Assembly: GCA_965153455.1 (NCBI GenBank)
Contig: OZ234494.1
Coordinates: 4,960,001-5,024,000, forward strand
Direction: 5' to 3'
DNA from: Sphagnum compactum
Taxonomy: Eukaryota
DNA length: 64,000 nt
In this document: positions 39,946 to 64,000 of the stretch, in pieces
Numbering within the stretch: position 1 is the first letter of the stretch
How the letters are laid out: each line of letters starts with the position of its first letter
Notes under the pieces: generated by a model
What the model saw: only the letters and a program-made list of their open reading frames with translations
Database searches by the model: none
What the model was told of the DNA's origin: nothing
Program-made: the position numbers and the translations under genes

Positions 39946-40549
39946 TGCAATTTAGACCTTGATGATGGGTTCATTATTATTTTTAATTAATACGTCAAAT
40001 TGCGCAAATGTATCATGATAAGTGCATAAAAGTAATATCCACTTTAGCCCTTGTGAGAGTTTTTGTGCCCTCGGGCCCTCATGAAGCTCTAACAAAGCTC
40101 CAAGGTGAAGTGTTCAAGTTTTCTATCATCAACAAAGCTCTGATGTGAATCTCTAATGACATGAAATTATTTCAAAAAACTTTTATGCAACTTTTGACAT
40201 GAAGGGCAATGGATTGTTTGTAACGTGACCAAATTCAATAGCAACGTATATATAGGCAAGGAACACAACAAATTGAATTTCAAAACATGCACTTCAAAGA
40301 GACAATCCTCATTGAAACAATTTTCCTTATTCTTGTTCAACCTAATGTGACCATCTTTGCCCCAAAAATCTTCTCCCACTACCTTAGTTGGAAATCAATG
40401 TTTGCTTCAACAACAATTTCATCATTTAAACTAACGTATTATATATCCAAAGATTGAGGAGTTAGGGCTTAGAGAGTTGTGAATAGAAAAGAGTGGAGTC
40501 AATGTACCTAAATTGTTTGTTCTAGAGTTTCAAAAGTTCTTGATGTCAT

Positions 40550-41290
40550 AACAAAAAAAATCTTAGGCATCCTTTGCTTTGTATGAATCTATATGCACAA
40601 TGAATTTGATTCAAGAATAAACTAGTGCTTTTTTTAAAATTATTTTTAAGAATGGCTTCTACACTATCAACAATTGCCTTTGCTTGAGCCAAAATTGAAC
40701 ATTCTTGAATGTTTGCTTGTTTTTTTCCTTCTTTGTTACCCATGAACCATGTGGCTACTTCATCCAAGTTGTTGCTGCATTCAAGAGTTCTACAATGTTT
40801 ACGTCATCACATACCTATTCTTTATTTTTACAATAGTAGGAAGTGCCTTTCGCTTCATCATGATGCTTTTCTAGGTTCTTCCCTAAACTTCACATCTTAC
40901 CACCTTAGAACTTCTTTCAAAATCAACCAACAATGAATGGAACAAAATGAAATATCTCTACGACGTTTTGGCTTGTACAAATTTAGTAAATTGGAAAGAA
41001 CATCCTTTTTAAAAAATGATGCTCTCATTCAATGCTAACACCATAAAATAAACATTTACAAACTTGACCACATCATGTTCAATCACACTCTAGTTTGTCT
41101 CTTAGCTTTGATATGGCCTTTTGGTCTCATTGCTTCCAATGAGACAAAATGTTCCCTAATCCACCCCCATAATGCAAGATTTTTTTTGTCAATTGTTTGA
41201 AATCATCAAGAACCTTCAACATGGTTGTCCCTTTTCATAACAAGAGAAATGTTGCCCTTTTTGCACATTTGTGTTGCTTGCCATTTAGTT
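40550..41290 (-). pseudogene. PIF/Harbinger-associated Myb/SANT-like (NAM-associated) ORF relic
   Basis: Minus strand: KGQHFSCYEK..LWGWIREHF..RPYQS*ETN*SVIEHDVVKF..IHCWLILKEVLRW; multiple stops. Confidence 0.65.
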
Positions 41291-42589
41291 TATGGTCATC
41301 ATCAAATCATTGTAGATTTTATGTGTTGCATCAAATACAAAGCTTAATATCCTACCCATATTTAATGTTCCCAAGAGGAAATATGATTTGCTTGGTATGC
41401 AATATATGAACATTAGTTGTCCATTGGATCCCATCTTTTCACTCCTTGAATCCAATTCAACTTGTGCCATTGATGAAGCATTTACTACCAATTGCAAGTG
41501 TTGTTATAACATTTTGAACATTAAGCAATGATTTTTTTGACAATTTTGTGACGTAGTCAAAATGACAATCACCTATGGGAAAATTTAGTCAAATTTGGCC
41601 ATAAACAAGACACAAAAGCAAAAAAAATTTAAGCATACCTTTTTATTTATGGCTACCTAATGGAACCAAATATAAATTTAACAAATTTTAATTTCATTTT
41701 CATTTTTGAAATCTAGCAAGTGAAAATTTAAAACATTATTTCATTTCACATTTTCAATCATTGCTTTAACCATTTGGGGAAAAAAATCATTAACAAAATA
41801 AAAAGGGTAACTCACAGCTAATTACAATTATCCCAAGCTTCAAATTACGATTGATTCCCATATTGCCATTTTGGTAGTTCATAATGCAACTCCAATGGTT
41901 CATTGTATTAGGGATAATATGAGTAAATAGCATATCAAATTCTACTATTAAAAGATAGCCCCTCCCCAATATATGGAACAACATGCAATGCAGGAGCATA
42001 CGAATGCCACACTTGGGCCAATCATTGTGGTTAGCCAACCAAAGGTAGTCATTTAATTTTCCAATGTCAAAAGACACCCATGATATTATGTGCATTTTGA
42101 CGAGGCCTAAACCCATTTTCAATATCATGTGGGGTGGTTGACTTCATCTAATATTTGGATTGCAAGATAAATATAATAAATTGTTGGAGCTACTCTTACA
42201 TGGCAAAGTACAAGCAACATGGGCAAAAACTAAACTATAACAACAAATTTAATGCAATTTTGTCTAGGATGCAAAAATATGAACACCCATTGACAATGCA
42301 TACATAGTAGGGAATTAATTTTCAAATAATTTTTCTTGTCCCCTAGAGTCATGATGGTTATGGGAACTATGGCTTGGAGATTAACATTTATAAAAAAATT
42401 GGTGTGACCCAATGTTTGGACCAGTGTTGTGCATGTAAGTGTCAATAGACGTATATATGGCGTGTAAATCTCGTGTAAGTGTTAATCATTTACACTTACA
42501 TGTCCAAATGTTTTACACTTATCCTGTTGCAGTGGAGATCATGAGTTCAAAAAATTTTATTGTCTCCATCTAAGAAGTTAGTCATTCTT

Positions 42590-43210
42590 GGAAAATGTTT
42601 TCTCCTAGGACAAATGTGTTGAACTCCCATCCCTTTAGGATTGTGCTTGTGAGTGAAATGGTTAGTGTTTGTTGAGGAACTTTTGTTGTGTCTTCCTTGT
42701 GAAAATGCAATCATGTTCTTGGGGGGAAGAGTGAGTGTGTTGTTTGAGGAATATGGTTTTGTTCCTTGAGGAAATTTTTTCCTGGGGACAAATGTGTTGA
42801 TTGTTGTGCTAACCAAGGAAATAGTTGTGTTCCATGGTGAATATGGTTTGTGTGTTCCTTAAGGAAATGCAACTAACTCTATTCTTGAGAAAGTGTTTTG
42901 TGTTCCTCAAAGAACATGGTTTGTGTTCCCCAAAGAAATGCCTTTGTTTGGGATAAATTTTGGTTCAACTAGGGTTATTTTTCTTTGAAGAAATGGTTGT
43001 ATTCTTTGAATTGTGTTGTGTTCTTTAAAGAGATGCAATTATGTTCTTAAGAGAATACTTGTGTTCCCCAAGGAAAATGTTTGTGTTCCCCAAGGAAATG
43101 CTTTTTCTTGGGACAAATTTGAGTTCAGCTGGGGTTGTTTTTTTTTGTTTTTTGGAGGAAATGGTTGTGTGCCCTCATAAATGCAACCATGTTCCAAAGA
43201 AAGAAAATGC
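42590..43210. repeat. Degenerate short-unit array (TGTGTTCC.CAAGGAAAT motif) downstream of the CAGTGTTG terminus at 42422
   Basis: Many diverged copies of GTTCCY.AAGGAAAT, with a higher-order duplication near 42920 and 43082. Confidence 0.6.
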
Positions 43211-43586
43211 TTGTGTCTAAATATTTCCCTTTAAAATTTGTACCTAAGGTCCTTGGGAAAGGCTCATCCCAATTTCACTTTTCCCATGAAACTTGTCCCA
43301 AGCCTCTTAATTTTGAAAATAATTAATTAATTAATTTTTAAAAATAAATAAATAATTAATTTTTAAAAATTAATAATTAATTAATTTTTAAAAATAAATA
43401 ATTAATTAATTTTGTTCCCTAGGCAACTAAGTCTGTGATCCCAATTTCCCATCTCCTTTGGAAACTGGACCCAAACCTTTTTTTGTTTCCTTCCCTCCTT
43501 AAGCCAATTTGATGAAGGAAGTGAACCAAGTTGCAGAGAGAAAGCATCCCAAGAGCCACCACCCTCTTCCCGGCCACACCTAACGT

Positions 43587-43841
43587 CTATACCACCTGGT
43601 GTGTGTCAGGCCCCTCATCTAAGGACCGCTCACTGCCCTTTACCCTGGGGCCCTTAAACTGCCAGGTGTCTTTGTTTTCATCTCGGGACCAGTCACCACC
43701 CCTATCCCCTGCGCCCCTATACCGCCTCATGTCAGTCTCTTCTTCTAAGGGAACCGGTCACCACCCTTATCCCTGGGTCCATATACTGCCTGGTGTCGGT
43801 CTCATCGTCTAAGGAGTGGTCAACGACCCTATCGTCGGCCC
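43587..43841. repeat. Four diverged ~63-bp GC-rich tandem units just upstream of the NMT1/THI5-like gene
   Basis: Consensus-like TATACTGCCTGGTGTC..CATCTAAGGACCGGTCACCACCCTTATCCCTGGG.CC, four copies. Confidence 0.75.
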
Positions 43842-44019
43842 TTTCCAAAGTGTAGGGCCTGTTGAGGTGCAGGGGGAAGCCGTGTTGTTGTGAGAGAGAA
43901 GGAGAAGTTGCTGGCAAGGAAGATCGAGTAGCGGGAGGAGCAGCCGTGGTGGTGGTGGTGGTGGTGGTGGTGCGGGACGGAATTGAGAGAAGAGCTTGTT
44001 GGGTTACAAGACTTGGAGA

Positions 44020-46359
44020 ATGGCAACAACAGCAGTGAGCGTAGCGTTGGACTGGACACCCAACACCAACCACGTTGGTTTCTACATCGCCCAAGCTCGA
44101 GGCATTTACGCGCAGCATGGGCTTTCTGTGAGTATCATTAGTCCCCATTCCGACAATTACTCGCAAACTCCAGCGTCCAAAGTTGCGTCCAAAACTGCAA
44201 GTAAAATGCTCCTCCTCCTCCTCTTCCTCCTCATTGCCCTTTACTGAATTTCACTAGTATAGGTGATTGATAGCAAACTTTGGGATCCTTCCCATCTGGG
44301 TGCTTCCCGAGCTCACTTGGGGTGGATGTCAGCAAAATCCCTCCTACCCACTCATGACCAAAATCTGAGACTCTGAGATCAGTTTGAAGAAATGAGCAAA
44401 ATGCTTGTGGGTGCATGCTGGGTAAACCCTAAATCCATCACAATTGTCTGCAACTCACATAGTTTGGAGTTTTCGGCTACGTTGAAATTAGTCAACGTTG
44501 CAGGGCAGGTCTTCAACAAGAAATCTTAATTTTTGGGAGTCGTCACAAAGTATTCCTGAAATTCGTGTGGAACATCTTTGTCTCCATCTTGAAACTGCCT
44601 GTGTTTCAGGATCTTCCTCTCTAGAACCAACCAACTCATGGTTTCCAATCTTCCTTGGATGTGGTCTTTGTGTCTCTAGAAATGTGTGTCTGAATCTTGG
44701 CTCGGAATTTCTTCGGGTTTGTGGGTACAGCATTTGGATTGGGACCATCTGAGACCATTTTCAGCTATCACTTGCCACCACAGAGACCAAAGCTGGTAGC
44801 AGTGGCAACAGTTCTCCAGGAAGATCTCAGTTCCATTGGTAATAAGATCAGATCAGATCACCACAACATCATTTTGAGCATATAATTTATGGGTGAATGG
44901 AGTAGTAGTTCTTGAGAGAGAGAGAGAGAGAGAGGTGGGTCTCTGGTCTCATTGCCCAGGCTGAAAAAAATTGTTGAATGTCTTTGTCTCATCAGTGACT
45001 CTTAGGGAGAGTGGCATCGACCGACCTCAAAAGTTAGATGGGAAGAAGTACGCATCATATGGGGCCCGATTTGAAGGTCGTATCGTGCAACAGATGATCC
45101 AACAAGATGGGGGTAAGGGTGATTTTGAAGAGATTGTTCCCGAGAAACTTGGTATTTGGAATACTTTGCTGGAGAAGGTGGCTGATGCTACTTGGATTTT
45201 CAGTGGGTGGGAAGGATGTTCTGCAAGCATTGCTGGCATCCAGCTCAATGAGTTCCGACTCTCCAGCTATGGGTACCATGGCCATTACCCCCTTGTCAAT
45301 GGCAAGGGTAGATGTATCCATTAATTCAGCTTCCCTTATCCCAGTGTAGAGCATGCATGATATCATTTGCTGCAAGGCTATGACATCATGTGATAATAGT
45401 TTTGTTTCCTGTAGGGTTCAGAATAGAGATATCAGTCCACTTTCTTAAGTTCGGGTCTACTCCTCATTGGTTCTGCTGTTACTAGATTGCAAGTTTTAGT
45501 GTCACTGGGAAATACAGAATAGTGATAATAATTCTTTTGTGCTTTCTGTAGCACCCAGGGGATAAATGGGGAAGCTAAGACTGAGAAACAGAAGAATTTT
45601 CCTGAAGATTGACAAACTGGTGGAGATGATGCAGGATACCTTATGGGTACAGCCCAGTTGTATTTTCTCATCCTAGCACCTTGCAGTACGTTCCCCCACC
45701 TTTCCTCTTCAGTTTGCATGTCAGTTTGCATACTGGGAAATATTGCAGAGGTTAACAACACCTTGCAATTCATTGTGTTTGACCTTTTGCATAAATGGCA
45801 GGGAATTCCCAGACGTTGTGAGAAGGTTCCTGAGAGCTACATCTCTAGGATTCATCTGGGCCACAATGGAGGCAACTATCAGTGAGGCAGCAAATTTATT
45901 TCTGGTGAGCTTATCTTTCCACCAGGCATTTTTTGAAGTTTGATCAGCAATTTAGTAAACTCTTGAAACAGAGTATCAAACATGAACATTCTCAATGAAA
46001 AGTTTACTTGCATCTGGCATTTTGCATTGTGGGTAGTGCAGGAACAAGTTTGCAAGGAGCATCCAGATCTGCCCGAAGGCACAGTTCCTGCTGAATTGGT
46101 CCATAGATCACTTGAATTTCTCAAGGATCATTTTTTGGATTCCAAGAGTGCTTGGGGAGTGATGGGAGACCAAAAATGGGAGGAGTATCTGACATGGCTC
46201 AACAAGGAACAGCTTCTCACCTCGTACATCCAATCACGGAACCCTGTTTCTGGTGTCAGCGTCACCCTGGATGACCTGCGGTCTGGTAACACAGGCTCTC
46301 CACTGCCTTCTGACCACATAACTTCCCATGCACTCTACACGAACAAATTTCTCACCTGA
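44020..46359 (+). CDS. NMT1/THI5-family (ThiY-like) solute-binding-fold protein, 6 exons, ~345 aa
   Basis: Exons 44020-44200, 44731-44838, 44996-45272, 45635-45685, 45802-45904, 46042-46359; all GT-AG and phase-consistent (1038 nt). Motifs LDWTPNTNHVGFYIAQARG, SGIDRPQKLDGKKYASYG, DATWIFSGWEG, YGIPYGYSPV, terminal LYTNKFL. Confidence 0.88.
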
Positions 46360-47744
46360 TGTTCATGATTGAACTTTTGATAGAGAATATCCCTATTAGT
46401 CCAAGTTCACCTTGCTGTTTTTTTTCTTCATTGTGAGAATGGAGATTTCTCTAGTCTTATGAAAGATATTTTGATAGAGAATATCCCTATCAGTCCAAGT
46501 TCAAAGACAACATGCCAGCATGTATTTTGTTGGGCTACACAGCCTTATAGCATCATGCTGGATCTTGCATACTACAAGCCCAATCAAGCAAACTCTCTGT
46601 ATAGGTAAGCTTTCATGCCATAGACCTGTTCAATTGGCCTGTCTGTATAGTTTGCTGTCCCTTAGTAGGAGTGGACTTCATACACTTTTGAAAAGACAAA
46701 AGTGGGTATTTTGGAGTGACAGCTCCACTTCGGTAGTAGACAAAGACTGCTGGACAAAGTGGAAATTTTCAGTGTGTCCTGGCTCGAGAGGACCTCTGGT
46801 GCTTTCCTAGTATGTGATCAGTGGCTCTACCCACTCAGTAGCCTGCTAGGATCAACCTCTTATTTCTGTCAAAGAGGTTGGCTAACTCCACTTGGGTCAC
46901 ATGCCAATTGTGGGAACTTTGGTGTCAAACTATACTGTTACTTTCTAAAGCTTTTGTCACACCACTTAAATGACAAATTAAAAGTTCGTCTATAAGGCTT
47001 CTCCAACAAGCTGGAAGCCTGTGACTGCATTCTCTAGTATATTAGACCCAAATTGATGAAGTTTTATTGTTGCATCCTTCATTCTTGTTCATGTTGAAAC
47101 TTCTCATTTCAGTTTGTTATAATTCTCATGCCTAATACGAGTGACAAATATAGGAAGGAAACGTATGAAGGGTATTTAGTTTTCAAAATTCATTTAAAAC
47201 ATATTGGGAAAGGTTGACATATTAATGCCCAGTTGATGTTGTATGACAACTAAATGTTGTTACATGTCTAGTAAAGCAAGGCATCCTATACCATGGAAAA
47301 GTCACAAAGTTTAAGACCTAAAACTTGGACAGACCATGAATTTGAAGAATGAAGTCTATGGTTAAGTTACATCAAGAACATGTTTTGAGTTGAACTTTGG
47401 CAAACCGACTTCTGAAAATAAAGGTGATGGAAATGGATCTTGGGTTGGGTTGTCAGGTCTTTCACTTTGCAACAAAATCTGATTCGAGTCAGAATAGAAG
47501 AAAAAGGCCTGACTGCAGATGTTAAACATCAAATTGTACAGAGTCCTTGGGAGTGGGTGAGATTCTTCACCCTAAGCTTGATTTGTCACAGCACAATGTT
47601 TGCCACATTGCAAATCGTGTGACATCCATGAGACAGTTGAGCTTTTTTTTTAAAATTCATCACACTAGAAATGTTTTTTTTATTCTCGCTATCCCTAAAT
47701 CATGTGAAAATGAATATCACCAAATTGCAGAGAGTGCAATCTTG

Positions 47745-60091
<12,347 letters not shown>

Positions 60092-60725
60092 ATTGGTTGG
60101 CATCTATCTATCTTCCTTCCTATGAAAACAACAAAACTCTCCTGGCTTCTTTTTTGCTGAAGATTGGGCTTTTGTGGGAGCTACTAGTTGAAGAAAAAAG
60201 CAAATACAAAAAAGAAGGTGATGGGTTTCACATTTATTCATGCAAAGAAAACCAAAAAAAACCCCTCAGCAAGCAGCAAGTGTAAAAAAAATTAGACTGA
60301 CAAAATTATGCAATGTGTCAGATGATGACACTGTTGCTGCTGCTGCTGCTTCCAGTGTGAGTGATATGATTTGAAAGCAGCAAGCTGTTGTTGTTGGTTT
60401 TCAACATCTGGTTTCTGTGCTGCTGCTGCTGCTGCTTGCGTAAATTTTGTCATGTAGGATATCAGCAGAAAGCACTGAGCAGAGCTACTGACAGATCGAT
60501 TCTCTGGAAATCAATGCTTTACTTGGAATGCTGAAAGTAGCAAGAAAGAAAGCTGTAGACAAGAAAACCCAACAACTCAAAAGCTAGAATCTCTTGGTCT
60601 GTCTAGTCTAGATTGTAATGCATTTGATGATGGATCAGAAAAAGTGAAACCCTAGCTGCTGAGAGAGCTGCTGCTGCTGCTGTGCATCCATGCAGGAACA
60701 CTAGAAGAATACTCACAGCCACTGA

Positions 60726-60811
<86 letters not shown>

Positions 60812-61979
60812 ATGGTGAGGTACTTGCAAATGCACAAAAGGCTCTTCCCACATGGATCGATGGATCACCCACTTCACCAAACAACAAACCTCATCATCTT
60901 CTTCTTCTTCTTCTTCGCTCCACCAACTAAAATCCTTGCAACCCACAGCACAGCATTCGCAACCTGTTTTGCTTCCTGAGACGGAAAACCAAATTTCGTT
61001 TGTGACCCAATATTGCCGAAGAGAAGAAACCCGGGAAAGGAAAAAAAAAAAAAAAAAAACAATAACAACAACAACAACAACAACAACAACCAATCTTGAG
61101 ATCTGTCTATCTATCTGGGAAACAAAAGGTTGCAACAAAGAGAAAAATGGAAAAAGACAAGGAGGAGAAGAAGGAGGAAGAGGAAGGAGGGAAAAAAACC
61201 TAGCAATGAGAAAACACTAGAAAACACACCAAAAAAAAGGAAAAAACACCCAACAAGACAAAGAGATTGAGAGAGCGAGAACAAAGACCCATCTCCCAAA
61301 AAACAAAAAATAAAACAAAAAACAAAAAAAGACGCCGCAGAATTGTTTATTCAGGAAAAGTCTCTGTTTTGATTTTTTTTTTCTTTTTTTCTTTTTTGGT
61401 TTGTGGGTTTTGGGGCTTTCTTCTTCTTTCCTTTGGATCTTGCTGGCTTTTCTTTGGCCAAGGATCAGAATAATAATAACAACAATAATGGTTGGAAAAT
61501 GGGGTTGGGGGGAAATAATAAATTCTTTTTTTGGTGTTTTTTTTTTCTTTTGTTGCTGCTCATTTCTTCTTCTTCTTCTTCTTCTTCTTCTTGATGGTGG
61601 AGGAGAAAAGGGGGCAAAAAAAACGAGGGAAGAAATGATGGGGGGGTGCTGCAGCAGGAAGCAGATGGAAGAAGAAGCAAAAGCATCATCAATCAATCAC
61701 AACTACTGCCAAGTCCAACAACAACAACCCAGCTCTTCTTCTTCTTCTTCTTCAGCATATTGAAGAAGAAGAAGAGCTGGGTTGTTGTTCTTGTTTGTTG
61801 ATGTGGGCTGTAGTCGCAGGGTTGGCTTTGATTTATGGGTCTGTGGGTGTTTCTTCTTTTGGGGGACAAGTTTGCAACAGGATGATGCATTCATGTGTGG
61901 CAGAAAAATCCCTGAGGTGGTGGGTCAGTAGTGCAGTGGTGGTACTGGCCTGTCACACTTGTAGCTAGTCTATCGGGAA

Positions 61980-62010
<31 letters not shown>

Positions 62011-62710
62011 AGGAGGTTCAAGCTTCTTTTTTTCAGAAACCCAAAACTTTCTGCTGATGGATGCTAGAGACAGAACAAATCTTCACTCCTACGAAAACAA
62101 ATGAAAGCTGCTAATTCTACTGTATCTGATGATAATGATGACGATGATGATGATTCTAAGCTTGTTTCAAACTACTTCACTCTTGATTGCAGACTTAATT
62201 TGTTTGATCTTCTGAATGCAAATGAATCCCATCTGAGTCCAACAAACAGTAGGAAACGAGATCCAGGAGCTGGATGCAAATGTGTATTGTGTGTGTGTGG
62301 GTGTGTGTGTGTGTGTGTCTCTCTCTCTCTCTCTCTCTTTGTCTCTGTGCCAACAAGCATGTAATTGATGATCCTTGGACCTCTTCTTCTTCACCTTAAG
62401 ACTAGTGATCTGGTTTTTCCTTCTCTCTCCTAACTGAATGCTGTAGTAGGCTGTGCAGCATCATCATCACTCCACGAGCAAGGAAGAATTAGCTCCTGGA
62501 GATCAATGATAGATTTCTACTCTGTCTATGATTCTATTTATTCATTGCTTACTCAGTGAATTTGATCTAGTATGATGATTCTATGATCCTAAAGCTCAGC
62601 TCTAATACAATATAGATCTATGTGAATTGCTTGCTCAGTGATTCAATTGATGGGTTGAAGTGGAGAGAAAGCTAGTCTACCTGATATGATGAGTACCACA
62701 TGTATCCTGT

Positions 62711-62746
<36 letters not shown>

Positions 62747-63071
62747 CCTCTCTCCTCCCTCCTAATTCCCAACTCAAAAGCCTTCCTTCACATTTACTCA
62801 AGGCATGTATCATGGGTAGGAGTTAACTAACTTCACAAAAGATCACATACCTACCAGGCTTCATTAACCTCTCTACTTCTTCTTCTTCTTCTTCTGTACA
62901 TCATGCATGAGCAAGAACATGGATGGAATGGAATGAATTCTAAGGACTAGGTAACCGGTCGAGAGTTCATCAATCACCTTATTTGGGACAAGCAATTGCC
63001 TCGAGGCGGTTACTAGACATAACCTACCTTTCTTTCAAATGTTCTAGAGCAACAACATACCCCTCCTCTCA

Positions 63072-63482
63072 ATGGATGAAAAGTCATGTAACCCTCGGAA
63101 CATAACACTGGGTGAAAAGCTATGGAACCCTCGTAACATAACAATGGATGAAAAGTTATGTAACCCTCCTAACATAACAATGGATGAAAATTCATGTAAC
63201 CTTCAAAGCATAACAATGGATGAAAAGCTATGTAACCCTCGTAACATAACAATGGATGAAAAGCTATGTAACCCTCCTAACATAACAATGGATGAAAAGT
63301 CATGTAACCCCTTGGAACATAACAATGGATGAAAAGCTACGTAACCCTCGAAACATAACAATGGATGAAAGCTATGTAACCCTCCTAACATAACAATGGA
63401 TGAAAAGCTATGTAACCCTCCTAACATAACAATGGATGAAAAGCTATGTAACCCTCCTAACATAACAATGGATGAAAAGTCA
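63072..63482. repeat. 36-bp tandem minisatellite, ~11.5 copies
   Basis: Unit ATGGATGAAAAGCTATGTAACCCTCCTAACATAACA, head-to-tail with no spacers; diverged derivatives continue to ~63620. Confidence 0.95.
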
Positions 63483-64000
63483 TGGTGACCTTGTTGTTGG
63501 TGGATGAAATTTTATCATATCAATGGATGAATAAAATGGCATGCAACCATCCTTACATGACCCTTTTGTTGATGGATGAGAAGTTGTGTAACCCTCATCT
63601 CATCTCAATGGATGAAAACTCATCATATCCTACGTTCCTATCTAGATGATGATGCATGCATAGGAAACAAAGAAATTGGGAAACTTTTTGTTTTTAAAGT
63701 GTAAACAACAATTCATTCATGTGTTTCTAATGTCTTTGGAAAGCTATGAGGTTTAGGGTTTTAAACCCTTCCAATGACCCCAATAAAAGCCACCAATAAA
63801 AGAAAATTTGATTCAAAATATATTACTTAAAGAGAGAATGCATCCTTCCAAAAATCTTTCATAATGTTTTTCATGAAATTTTCCAATCTACATTTGGTTC
63901 ACCCTATTGGAATATGGATGGACATGGGATGAAAAAAAGGATACTATGTTCCCAAAAATTCTATTCAACTTCCTTCTTTAGAGTACACAACCATGCAATC

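Noticed and set aside
43316-43412. Quasi-palindromic pure A/T tract
   Set aside because: Low-complexity AATT slippage; self-complementarity is expected from composition.
45551-45610. TPP-riboswitch-like words (GCACCCAGGGG..CTGAGAAA..CCTGAA) in intron 3 of the ThiY-like gene; also GGGTGC..CTGAGA in intron 1
   Set aside because: The P2 partner (GTCCCT/ACCC), TGAACCTGA and the GTAATGCC..GGGA half are missing, so the aptamer cannot be built by eye. An Infernal search with the Rfam TPP model would settle it.
60603-62394. Many overlapping low-complexity ORFs
   Set aside because: Artifacts of stop-free microsatellites.
63072-63482. CRISPR array (36-bp repeat)
   Set aside because: Units are directly adjacent with no unique spacers, no cas genes, and the context is eukaryotic.

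Overview
Eukaryotic nuclear DNA from a land plant; the repeat families and the PPR-DYW relic suggest a moss such as Sphagnum (inference). Four apparently intact genes: a 3-exon mitoferrin-like mitochondrial carrier (-), an intronless CCDC47/DUF1682 gene (+), a 6-exon NMT1/THI5(ThiY)-like solute-binding-fold gene (+) and a multi-exon PICKLE/CHD3 chromatin remodeler (-). There is also a 5'-truncated PPR-DYW pseudogene. Two AT-rich blocks (~9.4-29.3 kb and ~32-43.5 kb) hold decayed transposons: two hAT (ZNF862-like) transposases, a Ty3/gypsy element, a piggyBac-like transposase, a Harbinger Myb/SANT ORF, MITEs and a Replitron-type HUH-endonuclease ORF. Three younger CACTA-ended insertions split the gypsy RT, one hAT ORF and the HUH ORF. 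The best leads are the spliced, bacterial-type ThiY-like gene that lacks the THI5 catalytic residues and has no transporter partner in the window, and the Replitron HUH relic. No database searches were run; family calls rest on manual translation and remembered motifs.
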